The notes below the pieces were generated by a model. It did no database searches. It worked only from the letters and a program-made list of their open reading frames with translations, and was not told the DNA's origin. The translations under genes and the position numbers were made by a program. From Candidatus Peregrinibacteria bacterium (lineage in GTDB: Bacteria; Patescibacteriota; Gracilibacteria; Peribacterales; Peribacteraceae), in contig JAZDOT010000002.1 in assembly GCA_043798355.1 (NCBI GenBank), positions 1,160 to 65,159 on the forward strand: 64,000 bases of DNA. Direction: 5' to 3'. Positions 8,885-18,460 of the stretch are shown piece after piece; positions within the stretch are counted from its first letter, which is position 1, and each line of letters starts with the position of its first letter.

Positions 8885-9017
8885 CGGTGTGTTATCAGGG
8901 ATCATTCAGCAGATGCGAAGCGAAGAGCGCCGAGCGGACAGCGGTCAGTCTTCATGAAAGAAAGACTGCCCCATTCACTTATGGCGCACATCCGGTCACT
9001 GCTACAATGCTTTTTAC

Positions 9018-9108
9018 GGAGAGGTGGCCGAGTGGTCGAAGGCGCGCGACTCGAAATCGCGTAGGCTCCAAAAGGGTCTCGAGGGTTCGAATCCCTCCCT
9101 CTCCGCCA
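9018..9108 (+). tRNA. tRNA-Ser (anticodon CGA), CCA encoded
   Basis: GGAGAGGTGGCCGAGTGGTCGAAGGCG... The anticodon stem CGCGA/TCGCG carries the loop CTCGAAA (anticodon CGA). There is a long variable arm (class II), a T-arm GGGTTCGAATCCC, and the acceptor end CTCTCCGCCA. Confidence 0.9.
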
Positions 9109-9135
9109 TCCGGCTTCGTCTGCAATCCTCATCTC

Positions 9136-9987
9136 TCAAGTTCGCTGATCAACTCCAAAGCGGGCTTCAGCGAATTGTCGGAGTGTCTTCGTCCCTCCAC
9201 TCATGTAGTAACTACGCAGGGTTTCCGCGGCTCCATTCTTATCTTCGAATGACCACCCGCCCTGTCTCTTTCCGATCTCGTTATAGTATTGCGTGAATTT
9301 GTTAAAGTCCCACTCTTCTCTTTCGTGTGTCTCAGAACTTGCCGGATCGGATGGAGCACTGAGGGGCATGGCAGGGGAGGGATCGGGCTCACTATAGGGT
9401 TGTTTGATCGTATCGAGAAGCATTTTTCGTGCATCACCCGCCCTCCTGGTCAATATCTCTGCAGCACGAGGATAACGGTTGAATTGCGTAGAAGTGACTT
9501 GTGCATACATCGGTTCCACAATAGGCAGAAACCAGCCTTCGATCCACTCTTTCCCCAGTTCCTTTCGGTTCTTCGCTACACTGCTGTAGTTGTGCCAGAG
9601 ATCAGCCAGTTTAATGAGCCTGTCCTCTTCAGGGGCGGAGTGCATATGCTCAACGTACGAACCAACATCGGTATCACCTTTCTCGTTTGTCAAGCCACGA
9701 ATGCGCTCATGCACGTCCATCCCGTATTGTGCGATGACCTGTTCCGGACGTATCGTGGTGTCCTCATACAGATCATGCCCCAAGGCACCCAACACGAATT
9801 CCCGTCGTTTTTTCTGCGGAAGATCAGTCTCTGAGTCGAGCGCATTTTCCAGTTCCTGTGCAACGGAAAGACAGTGTTCCCATTGATGCTGGCCGCCAGC
9901 CCGCATCTGTCCTTCATGTTCCTTCTTCACAAGAAGAAGAAACTGCTTTGTTTCATCGTTCCATTGATGTTCATTAAGGTGCGGCAT
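9136..9987 (-). CDS. HD-domain hydrolase of the RelA/SpoT (small alarmone hydrolase, Mesh1-like) type
   Basis: HCLSVAQEL...GALGHDLYEDTTIRPEQV...GMDVHERIRGLT...RLIKLADLWHNYS matches the H..HD..ED...KLAD..HN pattern of SpoT-type HD hydrolases. The Met at 9987 overlaps the end of the giant gene by 14 nt. The longer track ORF (to 10251) would run inside the giant gene. Confidence 0.65.
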   Translation of the reverse strand: MPHLNEHQWNDETKQFLLLVKKEHEGQMRAGGQHQWEHCLSVAQELENALDSETDLPQKKRREFVLGALGHDLYEDTTIRPEQVIAQYGMDVHERIRGLTNEKGDTDVGSYVEHMHSAPEEDRLIKLADLWHNYSSVAKNRKELGKEWIEGWFLPIVEPMYAQVTSTQFNRYPRAAEILTRRAGDARKMLLDTIKQPYSEPDPSPAMPLSAPSDPASSETHEREEWDFNKFTQYYNEIGKRQGGWSFEDKNGAAETLRSYYMSGGTKTLRQFAEARFGVDQRT

Positions 9988-12900
9988 GAAAAAGAGATGA
10001 GTAATATAAATACCATTCTTTGAATTGCCCCTCCCGTTCCCGAGGAGTATCCGATGGTGACCTTTTGGGTGCATGTCCGTAGTACTCTTCTCTTCCCCGA
10101 TAGACTGGTAGTTCCGTTCCCGCTCTCGCAAGAACCCAGGCACTGAGAGCCTTGGCAGCCTTTCCGCAGCCATCCTCGAAGAAGTGGTGGGTGAGATCGA
10201 CATTGAATTCCACCCACGCAGCGAGCTCTCGAGGATTTTGGTGCGGATCATTCAATCGGCGCAAGAATTCCTGCGAGAAATTTTCAAATGATCGCGGAAG
10301 ATCGCTGATACGGGTATACGGGAACTTATCCGAATCAGCCCGCCGGAGCAGCATTCTCTCTTTGAGGATGCCTTTATTGACATCGAGGGCTATTTGTTCA
10401 ATGAAATTTCCCAGTTCACGGGGGGAACTGAATTGGCGGCTGCGCTCTCCATGTAGGCGCCTCATGACCGACTCGAAATTTTCATTCGCCTTCCTTGCGG
10501 CGTCGTGACCGGATGCAGCCATTGAGTCGGCTTTGATCTTCGTTGCCGATGTGTCGACCACCCCCCCGCTCGTACGACTCGTGTTCCGCAGGTTCTGCAT
10601 CGATCGGTCCACGAACTGTTGTTCCTGACGGATATCCCTCGTCACATGTTTGAAGATCTGAGGCTCGTGTACTGTCATACCTTTACCTTGGTGTTCTGCT
10701 ACCATGATAGTGTCCGGACCTGCATCTGTTTTGAACAAGTAATACTCATCCACGATTTTCATCACTTCCTGACGATATTGCACGACATCTTGGTATCCAC
10801 CCTCAATTCTATCGGTGGAGACAATGGGGTCGTCCCCTTCCGGAGAGCGACCCGGGTATTTCTTCCCTTGTGCTTCGCCCCCGTGAACACGTGCGATAGA
10901 AGTGGCCAATTCCGCATCGACATCCACCATGATAACTTTGTAATCGTTCTTTCGTGCCATTTCCGTCACTTCACGGACGTCCTCGGGTGTCGCAAACCGC
11001 TTGTCTATGACAATCAAATTTAATTTCTCTTTGAGTGCCTGATCGATTGTCCGTTCTGCCATCATCGCTCCTTCGCTGTGGGCCTGATCGTGCGAGATCT
11101 GATGGGTGCCTCCTCTTTTTTCGCGGACACGGACTTTGGCTTTGAGACCATCGGGATTGATTGCCGTGTCGGGATTTGCGTTGAGTTCTCGTAATCGGGG
11201 AGCGCTTGCCATGCGCAAGCAACTGCTCTTCCCTGCCGCGGTATTTCCACGCAACATCACGATCACTCTCTGCGCACCCACTGCTTCAGGTTTCATGGCC
11301 ATCGATCCCTTGCGAAGTGCCACCATTGTTTCCGAGAAAATTCGTTCATGGAATACGCTTATCTCCGGAATCCAATGGCTCGGATCGGCGATGTATGCCT
11401 TCATGGCCACTTTTCCCTTTGGAAGTTCTCCCACGGTATAGGCAACGTGTGATGCGATTTCGGGATTTCTTCGCAGACACTCCTGTCGTACTTCAAACCC
11501 GGAATGAGCGGGATTTCTTTCTGTCTGCGCCTTCACGCGACTCAGAACATCGCGGGCATTGGCGGCGTTGATCTCTATGAACTCCGCATGCCCCGCCTCG
11601 TTGATGGCCACGATGCCTTTCTCCGTGCTTCGAAGCACTTTAAATGACTGCTCAGGCATGCCTTGAGGTTGTTCTCGATTGAAGCGTTCGATCTTCTCCA
11701 GCAATTGATGCTCCTGCGCTTCTGCAATTTGCTTGGACATAATTTCCCACTTTTCTTGCGTTTTCGCCTCTGTCCGTTCATGCGGAGCAGTTTCCTTTTC
11801 CATGTTCGGTTTTTGTCCGACCTGTTCTTGCTTGGCAGCTTGCCGTTCTGTGCCACGGAGTTCTCCTTCAGGTTTCGACGGAGTTTCTGCGGGTGCCTTC
11901 GCCGCGCGGCCCTCGGCGGCTGCGTGCAATGATTGCTCGGGAGAGCCGGCACGTTGCGTCGGTACGGCATCCGGATGGTCCGGCGTCTTCACTGGTTCTT
12001 CCGTGAAGCGGACAATGGACTCATTCCCAGCCCTGTCCCGCAATCTCGGCACTCCGGATTCATCCACGATCACTGTGAGTCCCCGCTTCGCTCCGAAGGA
12101 CAAGAGATCACAACCTTTCGGCGCAGAAAGTTCGCCCATCATTTTGCCGCCAGGCTGCGTGTGCACAGCCACGGGATGGAGAAATCCTCCCAGACATGCG
12201 AGCGCGAACGTGGATGCCGCCCCGAGTCGATGATCGATGTTGTTCAAACCGGCACCGACAGCGGATTCTTTGACTGTCCATTCCATTTGGTCTGTGACCC
12301 CTTTGAAAAATTCCTTGAGGAACATCTTCCCCGCGCCGCTCTCCGCCGTAATGTTCGCGAGACGCTGCTCTATGAGTCGTGCGAGACTGGCATACTTGGA
12401 AAAAGCGACGATCCACTTTGGATTGCCAGCGGCAGAACGAAGAGCTTCACCAAGTTTCGCTCCGAGTCCCATCGTCACGAACATCACACCCACCCCCTCG
12501 GCAAATTCCAGCGCGAGCGGACCCGCCACGTCTGTCAGGAACTTCGGCGACACTTCCCTGCCGGTCTCGGGGTCGATGACGGTTCCCCCCGTCACCCAGG
12601 CCATCAATGCTGGACGATCGGTGTAGGTCGCTTTCCCGCTTCGAACATCTTCATCGAAATGCTGATGCCACTGGTACTGGATTTCCCGCACGCCTCCGTA
12701 TGTAGCCATACCCGCTGCCGTTGCGGTACTCGCTGAAGCGAGCATGACCAACATGGGTGCCATGGCTGCGCCGCACGTGGCGACAACGAGAGCTGCTGCT
12801 GCGGCTGCGACGGCAATGGATGCGGCGATCCTGGGCCCCTCGTGCTCGAGCCACGACACCCAGCCATCGTCCGTGAACCGGGATTTGTCGACGATCGTTT

Positions 12901-15076
12901 CGAGCATCCTTCGCACCTCCCCTCCGGTTTTCAGAAGATCGATCATGCCGTCGATCGCGCGAATGCGTTCAGAGATCTTCTGGTCCCAATCGTTCCCGGC
13001 GAGAGGGTTGCCGGTTTTTCTCAACTGATACAGGCGGTTTCGGGCTTGTTCCAGTTGCTGAGGGAGCTGCCGGTCATCCAATACTTTCTTGACGGCATCC
13101 AGCGGCCCATTCGCGCGTTCACGGAGGAAGGAGATGAATTCCGGAGATTTGCTTGCCTTCGGATTCATGGCATCGGAGAAGAGCGACTGCACCTCTCCCA
13201 GCCCACCGCTCATTGCCGTTGCCTGTTTCGAGACGTACTGGATGGACGGTTCGCGGTCCACTGCTCGGAACACATCGCGCCCCGTCTCCTCATCTTCCCG
13301 CTCGAGCGAAGGAATATCATGCGACGACAGCGGTCTCCTCTCCCCATCGCGGACGACGAGCGTTCTCCCCTCCCGTTTCGCATAGCCGAGATCCCGACTC
13401 GTCACTGTACGGTACATCATGTCATTGCCGTCTCCGTGGATGAGCAGTGGCGGTCTGCGCAGGATGACACGCTGATCCGAGGGAACTTCGGTGATGATGC
13501 GGGATGCTTCCGCTGAGAGGAACACCGAATATTCCTGTCCGCTCGCAGCTTGTATCGTTGTCGGACGGAGAGGGGAGCGTGCATCGGCCAGGGAGCCGTC
13601 GGGGAGCCGAATACGGCCATCCTGTTCCTGGTAGCCGACGAGAAATCCGCCTTTCGTTTCCACAAGCATCGGGGGCTCATGGAATCTCAGGCCGGATGAT
13701 CTGATGTCATTGTTGACTGAAAAGCGCGGAGCAAGGAGGGGGTGGGGAGAGAATGATCGGAACACATCTGCCGGTCGCTGCCCGGTTTCCGCATGAACGG
13801 TGATCGTTCTGGATTTCACGCGCACATCTCTCCATCCACGCAACTGATGGAGAATGGAGCGCCCGTCGGCGTCTCCCTCTTTGCGCTGGCGAACCGCCGC
13901 ATCGATCGCCTCTCCATCCAGGTTTTCCCCGAAGAGCGAGTGCTCGAAGGAACGCAGGAGCCCCTGTTGTTTCATTTCCATGGATGCAGTTTGCCCATCG
14001 TGGAAGAGGGCGGCATTCACAGTCTCCAATTGGGGACCGAACCGCTCGAACGCCCGCAGGCTGATTCTCTGCGCCAGGGCTTCTCCCCCTTCCGTTCTCG
14101 CCGTCACGGCATCGAACCGTGCGAATGCGATGTCCAATTGTTGCACCTGTGCCTGCAATGCGTTGCGCTGGCCTTTTCGCTCTCCCAGTTCTTTCTGCAG
14201 AACCTTCAGTGATTCGATTTCCTTTCCTTGTCCTTTCCAATCCTTCTGCTTGAGAAGATCAGAGAGATGTTTCAGCATCTCCCCCTCTTTTTCCTGAAGC
14301 TGATCCACTTCTTTTTGTGACGTCTCCACATCATTCGCCAGCCGCCCCCTCAATCCCTCTGCCGCTTCGACAGGCGACTCAAGAAGCGTCTGGAGAGGAC
14401 GGAGGACGGGGTCAGTATCTCTCTTCATCTTCTCTCGAGGTTCGCACACTAACTGAGAGACTATCAATGTCGTATCAACAGGCGACTGTGATCCCAGAAC
14501 GGCTTTGTGTTGCGAAGGAGTCAAACTCTCCATGAGTGCGATCCGGGCATGGAGTGACCGCAGCGTTCCATCGTCGTACCCGTTTTCGCGGATCTTCCCT
14601 GCAAGGGAAGGAATTTGTTCTTTGACAATACCCCATTGCTCGAGAAGCGCTTCAACCGGGGTCGGCGGTTTCTCCGGACGCCCGGACAGTTCCTCCGTTG
14701 TCCGGAAGGATTGGAGGATTTCCGCAATCGCATTGTTGAAATCCGCCATTCCCTGGAAGAGCGTCGGGCGATCAACCTTCTCGATGCGGCTGAGAAGTTT
14801 CTGCTCTGCATCTCTGCAGAGCGTTTCCATCTCTTGCCATCCCGGTTTCCTCTGATCCCGAAGGAGCGCAGCTCGTTCGTGCATTCGTGCGATTTTTCCC
14901 TGCACCTGATCCACCCGATGGATGTATGTCTCGGTAGGATTCCCGTTTGCGGCTTCCCGGGCATTCGGTTTCATGTCAATCTGGCGGTCTTCTTTGGCAT
15001 CCAGTCGGTCGAGTCGCTGCTGTTCACGACCGATCTGTCCGGCTGCCGGATCATGGTTGGGTGTTTCAGAACTCAT
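9974..15076 (-). CDS. Giant multidomain protein (1700 aa): coiled-coil N-terminal half, hydrophobic segment, zeta-toxin-like P-loop kinase, C-terminal Fic/Doc-like domain
   Basis: Single uninterrupted ORF. The Ala/Val-rich hydrophobic stretch IAASIAVAAAAAALVVATCGAAMAPMLVMLA lies near aa 749-795. Walker A is VIVMLRGNTAAGKSS and NLIVIDKRF follows it. The Fic-like motif HFFEDGCGKAAK is near the C-terminus. Confidence 0.85.
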   Translation of the reverse strand: MSSETPNHDPAAGQIGREQQRLDRLDAKEDRQIDMKPNAREAANGNPTETYIHRVDQVQGKIARMHERAALLRDQRKPGWQEMETLCRDAEQKLLSRIEKVDRPTLFQGMADFNNAIAEILQSFRTTEELSGRPEKPPTPVEALLEQWGIVKEQIPSLAGKIRENGYDDGTLRSLHARIALMESLTPSQHKAVLGSQSPVDTTLIVSQLVCEPREKMKRDTDPVLRPLQTLLESPVEAAEGLRGRLANDVETSQKEVDQLQEKEGEMLKHLSDLLKQKDWKGQGKEIESLKVLQKELGERKGQRNALQAQVQQLDIAFARFDAVTARTEGGEALAQRISLRAFERFGPQLETVNAALFHDGQTASMEMKQQGLLRSFEHSLFGENLDGEAIDAAVRQRKEGDADGRSILHQLRGWRDVRVKSRTITVHAETGQRPADVFRSFSPHPLLAPRFSVNNDIRSSGLRFHEPPMLVETKGGFLVGYQEQDGRIRLPDGSLADARSPLRPTTIQAASGQEYSVFLSAEASRIITEVPSDQRVILRRPPLLIHGDGNDMMYRTVTSRDLGYAKREGRTLVVRDGERRPLSSHDIPSLEREDEETGRDVFRAVDREPSIQYVSKQATAMSGGLGEVQSLFSDAMNPKASKSPEFISFLRERANGPLDAVKKVLDDRQLPQQLEQARNRLYQLRKTGNPLAGNDWDQKISERIRAIDGMIDLLKTGGEVRRMLETIVDKSRFTDDGWVSWLEHEGPRIAASIAVAAAAAALVVATCGAAMAPMLVMLASASTATAAGMATYGGVREIQYQWHQHFDEDVRSGKATYTDRPALMAWVTGGTVIDPETGREVSPKFLTDVAGPLALEFAEGVGVMFVTMGLGAKLGEALRSAAGNPKWIVAFSKYASLARLIEQRLANITAESGAGKMFLKEFFKGVTDQMEWTVKESAVGAGLNNIDHRLGAASTFALACLGGFLHPVAVHTQPGGKMMGELSAPKGCDLLSFGAKRGLTVIVDESGVPRLRDRAGNESIVRFTEEPVKTPDHPDAVPTQRAGSPEQSLHAAAEGRAAKAPAETPSKPEGELRGTERQAAKQEQVGQKPNMEKETAPHERTEAKTQEKWEIMSKQIAEAQEHQLLEKIERFNREQPQGMPEQSFKVLRSTEKGIVAINEAGHAEFIEINAANARDVLSRVKAQTERNPAHSGFEVRQECLRRNPEIASHVAYTVGELPKGKVAMKAYIADPSHWIPEISVFHERIFSETMVALRKGSMAMKPEAVGAQRVIVMLRGNTAAGKSSCLRMASAPRLRELNANPDTAINPDGLKAKVRVREKRGGTHQISHDQAHSEGAMMAERTIDQALKEKLNLIVIDKRFATPEDVREVTEMARKNDYKVIMVDVDAELATSIARVHGGEAQGKKYPGRSPEGDDPIVSTDRIEGGYQDVVQYRQEVMKIVDEYYLFKTDAGPDTIMVAEHQGKGMTVHEPQIFKHVTRDIRQEQQFVDRSMQNLRNTSRTSGGVVDTSATKIKADSMAASGHDAARKANENFESVMRRLHGERSRQFSSPRELGNFIEQIALDVNKGILKERMLLRRADSDKFPYTRISDLPRSFENFSQEFLRRLNDPHQNPRELAAWVEFNVDLTHHFFEDGCGKAAKALSAWVLARAGTELPVYRGREEYYGHAPKRSPSDTPREREGQFKEWYLYYSSLFHAAP
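10151..10186 (-). other. Variant Fic/Doc core motif HFFEDGCGKAAK
   Basis: The reverse complement reads CAC TTC TTC GAG GAT GGC TGC GGA AAG GCT GCC AAG. It aligns to HxFx(D/E)GNGRxxR with the substitutions N to C, R to K and R to K. Confidence 0.6.
11225..11248 (-). other. Walker A (GNTAAGKS) of the zeta-toxin-like kinase domain (domain about 10697-11266)
   Basis: The reverse complement reads GGA AAT ACC GCG GCA GGG AAG AGC. Confidence 0.7.
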
Positions 15077-15414
15077 GGCAGAGTATCGAAGAGGCTCTCT
15101 GTGTTTTTTTGTTCCTCCTTCGTCTCCTCCCGTTCTATTCCCTGATTGAGAGTCCTGTTCACCGTCTGGAGATCGCGATCCATATACGCAAGGGAAACGG
15201 CGTTACCGGAGGAAACAACGGTGCGAATGGATTCGCCGAGCATCTCCCCGATCACCTTGCCCTCGCCGAGAAGCATGTTTTTGAGCGTTGCCAGTTGGTC
15301 GGCGCCGAGTGAGTCCAGTTTCTCCGTCAGGGTCTTTTTCAACTCGCGGGAAAGCAGATTGCTCCGTTCGATGAGCAGGAGGACAGCGCTGTTGGTTTGT
15401 GTCGGGAGAGGCAT
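15073..15414 (-). CDS. Small helical hypothetical protein, translationally coupled to the giant gene
   Basis: 113-aa ORF. Its TGA overlaps the ATG of the giant gene (ATGA at 15073-15076). No family recognised. Confidence 0.6.
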   Translation of the reverse strand: MPLPTQTNSAVLLLIERSNLLSRELKKTLTEKLDSLGADQLATLKNMLLGEGKVIGEMLGESIRTVVSSGNAVSLAYMDRDLQTVNRTLNQGIEREETKEEQKNTESLFDTLP

Positions 15415-15687
15415 ATCAAAATATTATAGCGGAATGCGACTTTCTTGGCTATAGACAAGGTTTTCCGTCTCCTCATGATCGCCATTCCGGAATTTGATAT
15501 TCTATTGCTATATCCATTGATCCTTTCGAGCTTCCAGGAACGGCATTCCAGCGCTCTGTGTGGTCTGAGATCGCGAAGATTCCGTTCGGACGGAACATTG
15601 GGCGGGTATTCGGGACGGGGGGTACGGAGGAAGAGGACGCTTCTCAAACAGGAGGGGGTGTCTATCCAAACGCCTGCCACAGAAGTT

Positions 15688-16795
15688 TCAGTGCGGATGC
15701 GAGGGCGACCACGATGAGGAGGAGCGCTTCAGCATCGCATCGATGAACTGCTGAATATCCCCATCCAGCACTGCTGTTGTATTACTCGTCTCCACCTCGG
15801 TCCTCAGGTCCTTCACCATCTGGTATGGGTGCAGGACGTAACTTCTGATCTGCTGGCCGAAGTCGGCACTCTCCTTCGCGCCTTTCAGTTCCGACTTCGT
15901 TTCGCTCCGCTCGCGCTGTTCCTTCTCGAGCAGTTTTGCCCTCAGCATGTTCATGGCCTGCTCGCGGTTCTGGAGTTGGCTCCTCTCGTTCTGGCACGCG
16001 ACCACGATCCCAGTCGGCATATGCGTGATGCGGATGGCGCTCTCGACCTTATTCACATTCTGACCTCCCGCGCCGCCGCTCCTATAGGTATCGACTCTCA
16101 GATCCGAAGGATTGATATCCACGGCGGCGGATGCCGGGAGTTCGGGTAAGACCTCCACGAGCGCGAAGCTGGTCTGGCGGAGATTTTTCGCATTGAACGG
16201 CGAGAGGCGCACGAGTCGGTGCGTGCCCTTCTCGCACTTGAGATAGCCGTACGCCAGTTCGCCTTTCACGTGGATGGCGGCCGACTTGATGCCGGCTTCC
16301 TGTCCGTCCGTTTTTTCGATGATGTCCGTCTTCCAGCCTTTCCGCTCGCAGTAGCGTAGATACATCCTGAGCAGCATGGCGGCCCAGTCCTGCGCTTCGG
16401 TGCCTCCCGCCCCGCCGCTCACGGTGAGGTAGCAGTTGAGCGCATCGAATTCGCCGCTCAGGTAGAGCTGCAACTCGATCGTGTTCCAGAGCTCCACGAA
16501 TTTTCCATAGTCCTCCTCGAGCATCGGAACATCGGAAGGATCCGCATGCTCCGCCATTTCCAGGAGCGCCGAGACATCACTCAGCATCTTCGAGACGGGC
16601 TCCCACTGTTTCTTCAGGAGCTTCAGTTCCGTGAAGAGCATGTTGGCCGAGCGTTGGTCGTCCCAGAGGTGCGGGTCGGCAGTCTGCTCTTCGAGCTTCC
16701 GAATGCGCTGGGGTATATTTTTTTTCTCAAAGAGAGTCCTTTCCCGTGTTGATGGCGGACCGGAGTTCACAGAGTTTTTGCAGGAGATCCTCCAC
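15688..16795 (-). CDS. prfB: Peptide chain release factor 2, with programmed +1 frameshift
   Basis: The RF2 body includes [20 protein letters not shown] (the GGQ motif). Frame 0 runs from GTG 16795 as (M)[21 protein letters not shown], then CTT TGA at 16732-16727. A +1 shift continues as [24 protein letters not shown]. The 5' part of the track ORF (16796-16935) is read-through of a repeat array and is not coding. Confidence 0.9.
16727..16732 (-). promoter_or_regulatory. prfB: prfB +1 frameshift site CTT TGA G
   Basis: The minus strand reads GGAAAGGAC TCT CTT TGA GAA. This is the same CUU UGA slippery/stop arrangement as in E. coli prfB, with a purine-rich SD-like tract upstream. Confidence 0.85.
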
Positions 16796-16865
16796 GGGGA
16801 AGGGGGGATGAGGTACGTGCTTAAGCGTAGCCGTGTCTTTCCCGAAGCGGAAGGGGAGGCGGAAA

Positions 16866-16900
16866 GGCTAAGGCTAAGGTTAAGGCTAGGGTTAGGATTA
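16866..16900 (+). repeat. Hexamer tandem array (GGCTAA/GGTTAA/GGCTAG/GGTTAG)
   Basis: ggctaaggctaaggttaaggctagggttaggatta lies between the divergent prfB and the gene at 16977. Confidence 0.9.
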
Positions 16901-16976
16901 CATACTAATAAGAAATTCATGCAATTATTGGCCATGGCTCGGAGGCCGAAAATCCGCTACAATGAGAGGAAAACAC

Positions 16977-17579
16977 ATGGCTGAACTCACACAAACCCAA
17001 CCGGCGAATAGAGGGCAGAAGAGCCTGCTTCAGGTCATCGCCGTTCCGATGTTTCTCTTCGGTTGTACCCTCGCTCTCTTTCTCCTCCTCTCTCTCTGGC
17101 TCCTCCTCCCGCGATTCACGAGTGTGCAGGCGGACGGACGGCAACTCAGTCAGAGTGAATTGGCGACATTCGTCCATGATTTGCAGGCGAAGATCACGGC
17201 AGCCGAGACGAAGAGGGACGCACTCGTGACGCCCGGGCGGGAGGGGGTGCATGCGGCGCTCGTCCGCAGGAAGACCGGAACGGTCACTGCGCTCCGTGCC
17301 CGTGCCGAGATCGAGGCGGTCGCGGCCCGGATGGTTCTACAGACTCCCGACGCCGTTCATCTTTCCTCACTGCATTTCTTCCCGCTCACGCGCTGCGTCG
17401 AACTGGCCGGAAGCGTCCACAGCGTCGGACCGCGCAGCATGACGGTGCTGGCGCAGTTCGTGGAAACGCTTCGTTCCCTGCCGTGGGTTTCCTCCGTCAC
17501 GCTGCCGCGTTTTGCCCGTGAGGAAGATCCCGAGCACGGAACGTTCTCTCCATTCGTTTTCCAGCTCACAGTGTTATGA
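16977..17579 (+). CDS. Hypothetical membrane-anchored protein
   Basis: MAELTQTQPANRGQKSLLQVIAVPMFLFGCTLALFLLLSLWLLLP has a single N-terminal TM helix. It overlaps the next gene by ATGA. Confidence 0.55.
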   Translation: MAELTQTQPANRGQKSLLQVIAVPMFLFGCTLALFLLLSLWLLLPRFTSVQADGRQLSQSELATFVHDLQAKITAAETKRDALVTPGREGVHAALVRRKTGTVTALRARAEIEAVAARMVLQTPDAVHLSSLHFFPLTRCVELAGSVHSVGPRSMTVLAQFVETLRSLPWVSSVTLPRFAREEDPEHGTFSPFVFQLTVL

Positions 17580-18460
17580 CGTGCGCCTCTCCCACGCGCC
17601 GACTCACACAGTGGCTCTTCGCCGTCGCAGGCGTCGTATGCCTGTCTCTTTCCATGCAACTCCTCTTCGTGCACATCCATGCCGTGCAGAACGTCCGAGC
17701 CGCCATCGTGCCTCTCCTCGCGAAATTACCGCTCCTCGAAGAACGGTTGGCGGTTCTCACGGAACAGGTGGAGATTTCCGAACGAAGTTTCGAGTGGTTG
17801 GGTGGGTCCGCACAGGAGCGGATCGCTGCGTTCGCTCTCCCGGAGCAGACGGAGGTGACGCGCCTGGTTGCCTCCTTCGATGCGCTTGCGCTCTCTCTCA
17901 AGAAAGAACTTCACCTCGCCGAGATGTCTGGTGTGCAGATCGGTGAAGCGGCGCCGTTTGATGCGGAGAGCGGTGTACGTGCCCGCCCCCTCACAGTCCG
18001 TTTCACCGTGGATGAGGAGGGGTTGCATCGGGTCCTGTCATTCGTGCATCTCTCCGGCCTCCTCACCGTCGCCGATGCGCTCACGGACGAAGAAATCCGG
18101 CGTCTCGAAGATCTGACGGAGAAGGAGAACCCCGTCGGGATCGTCTCCCTTGAACAGTTCTTCTCGCAGGACATCCTGCGCTATGCGCGCGACGCGAAGG
18201 CGGCGGAAGATCAGCTGCTGCGGTCCTTCGCCAGCCCGACGTTCACTTCCGTTCTGCAGACCGTGCTCAGGACGTCCGCGCTCGCCGATGCGGAGCGCCT
18301 CTTTATGGGGAATCTGGGGAAGGACTACGACGAGCGAAGACTCTGGCCGGTGCAGTTCCTCTTCCCGAACGAGATCATGATCGAAGAGGGGGGGGCGGAG
18401 GGGTGGTACACACTGGATCTGGAGCTGCTGGTTCTGGAGCGAAAAGTTATTGGTTTTTAG
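17576..18460 (+). CDS. Hypothetical membrane-anchored coiled-coil protein
   Basis: N-terminal TM helix (WLFAVAGVVCLSLSMQLLFV) followed by a helical region. Translationally coupled to the upstream ORF. Confidence 0.55.
   Translation: MTCASPTRRLTQWLFAVAGVVCLSLSMQLLFVHIHAVQNVRAAIVPLLAKLPLLEERLAVLTEQVEISERSFEWLGGSAQERIAAFALPEQTEVTRLVASFDALALSLKKELHLAEMSGVQIGEAAPFDAESGVRARPLTVRFTVDEEGLHRVLSFVHLSGLLTVADALTDEEIRRLEDLTEKENPVGIVSLEQFFSQDILRYARDAKAAEDQLLRSFASPTFTSVLQTVLRTSALADAERLFMGNLGKDYDERRLWPVQFLFPNEIMIEEGGAEGWYTLDLELLVLERKVIGF

Noticed and set aside
9109-15687. The tRNA-Ser-adjacent toxin operon as an integrated island with att repeats.
   Set aside because: I found no copy of the tRNA 3' end (gggttcgaatccctccctctccgcca) at the distal border and no integrase gene. 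Island status remains only a compositional and positional hint.
16796-16935. N-terminal extension of the prfB track ORF ([25 protein letters not shown]...).
   Set aside because: It is read-through of the hexamer array and lies in the +1 frame upstream of the programmed frameshift. The true N-terminus is in frame 0 from GTG 16795.
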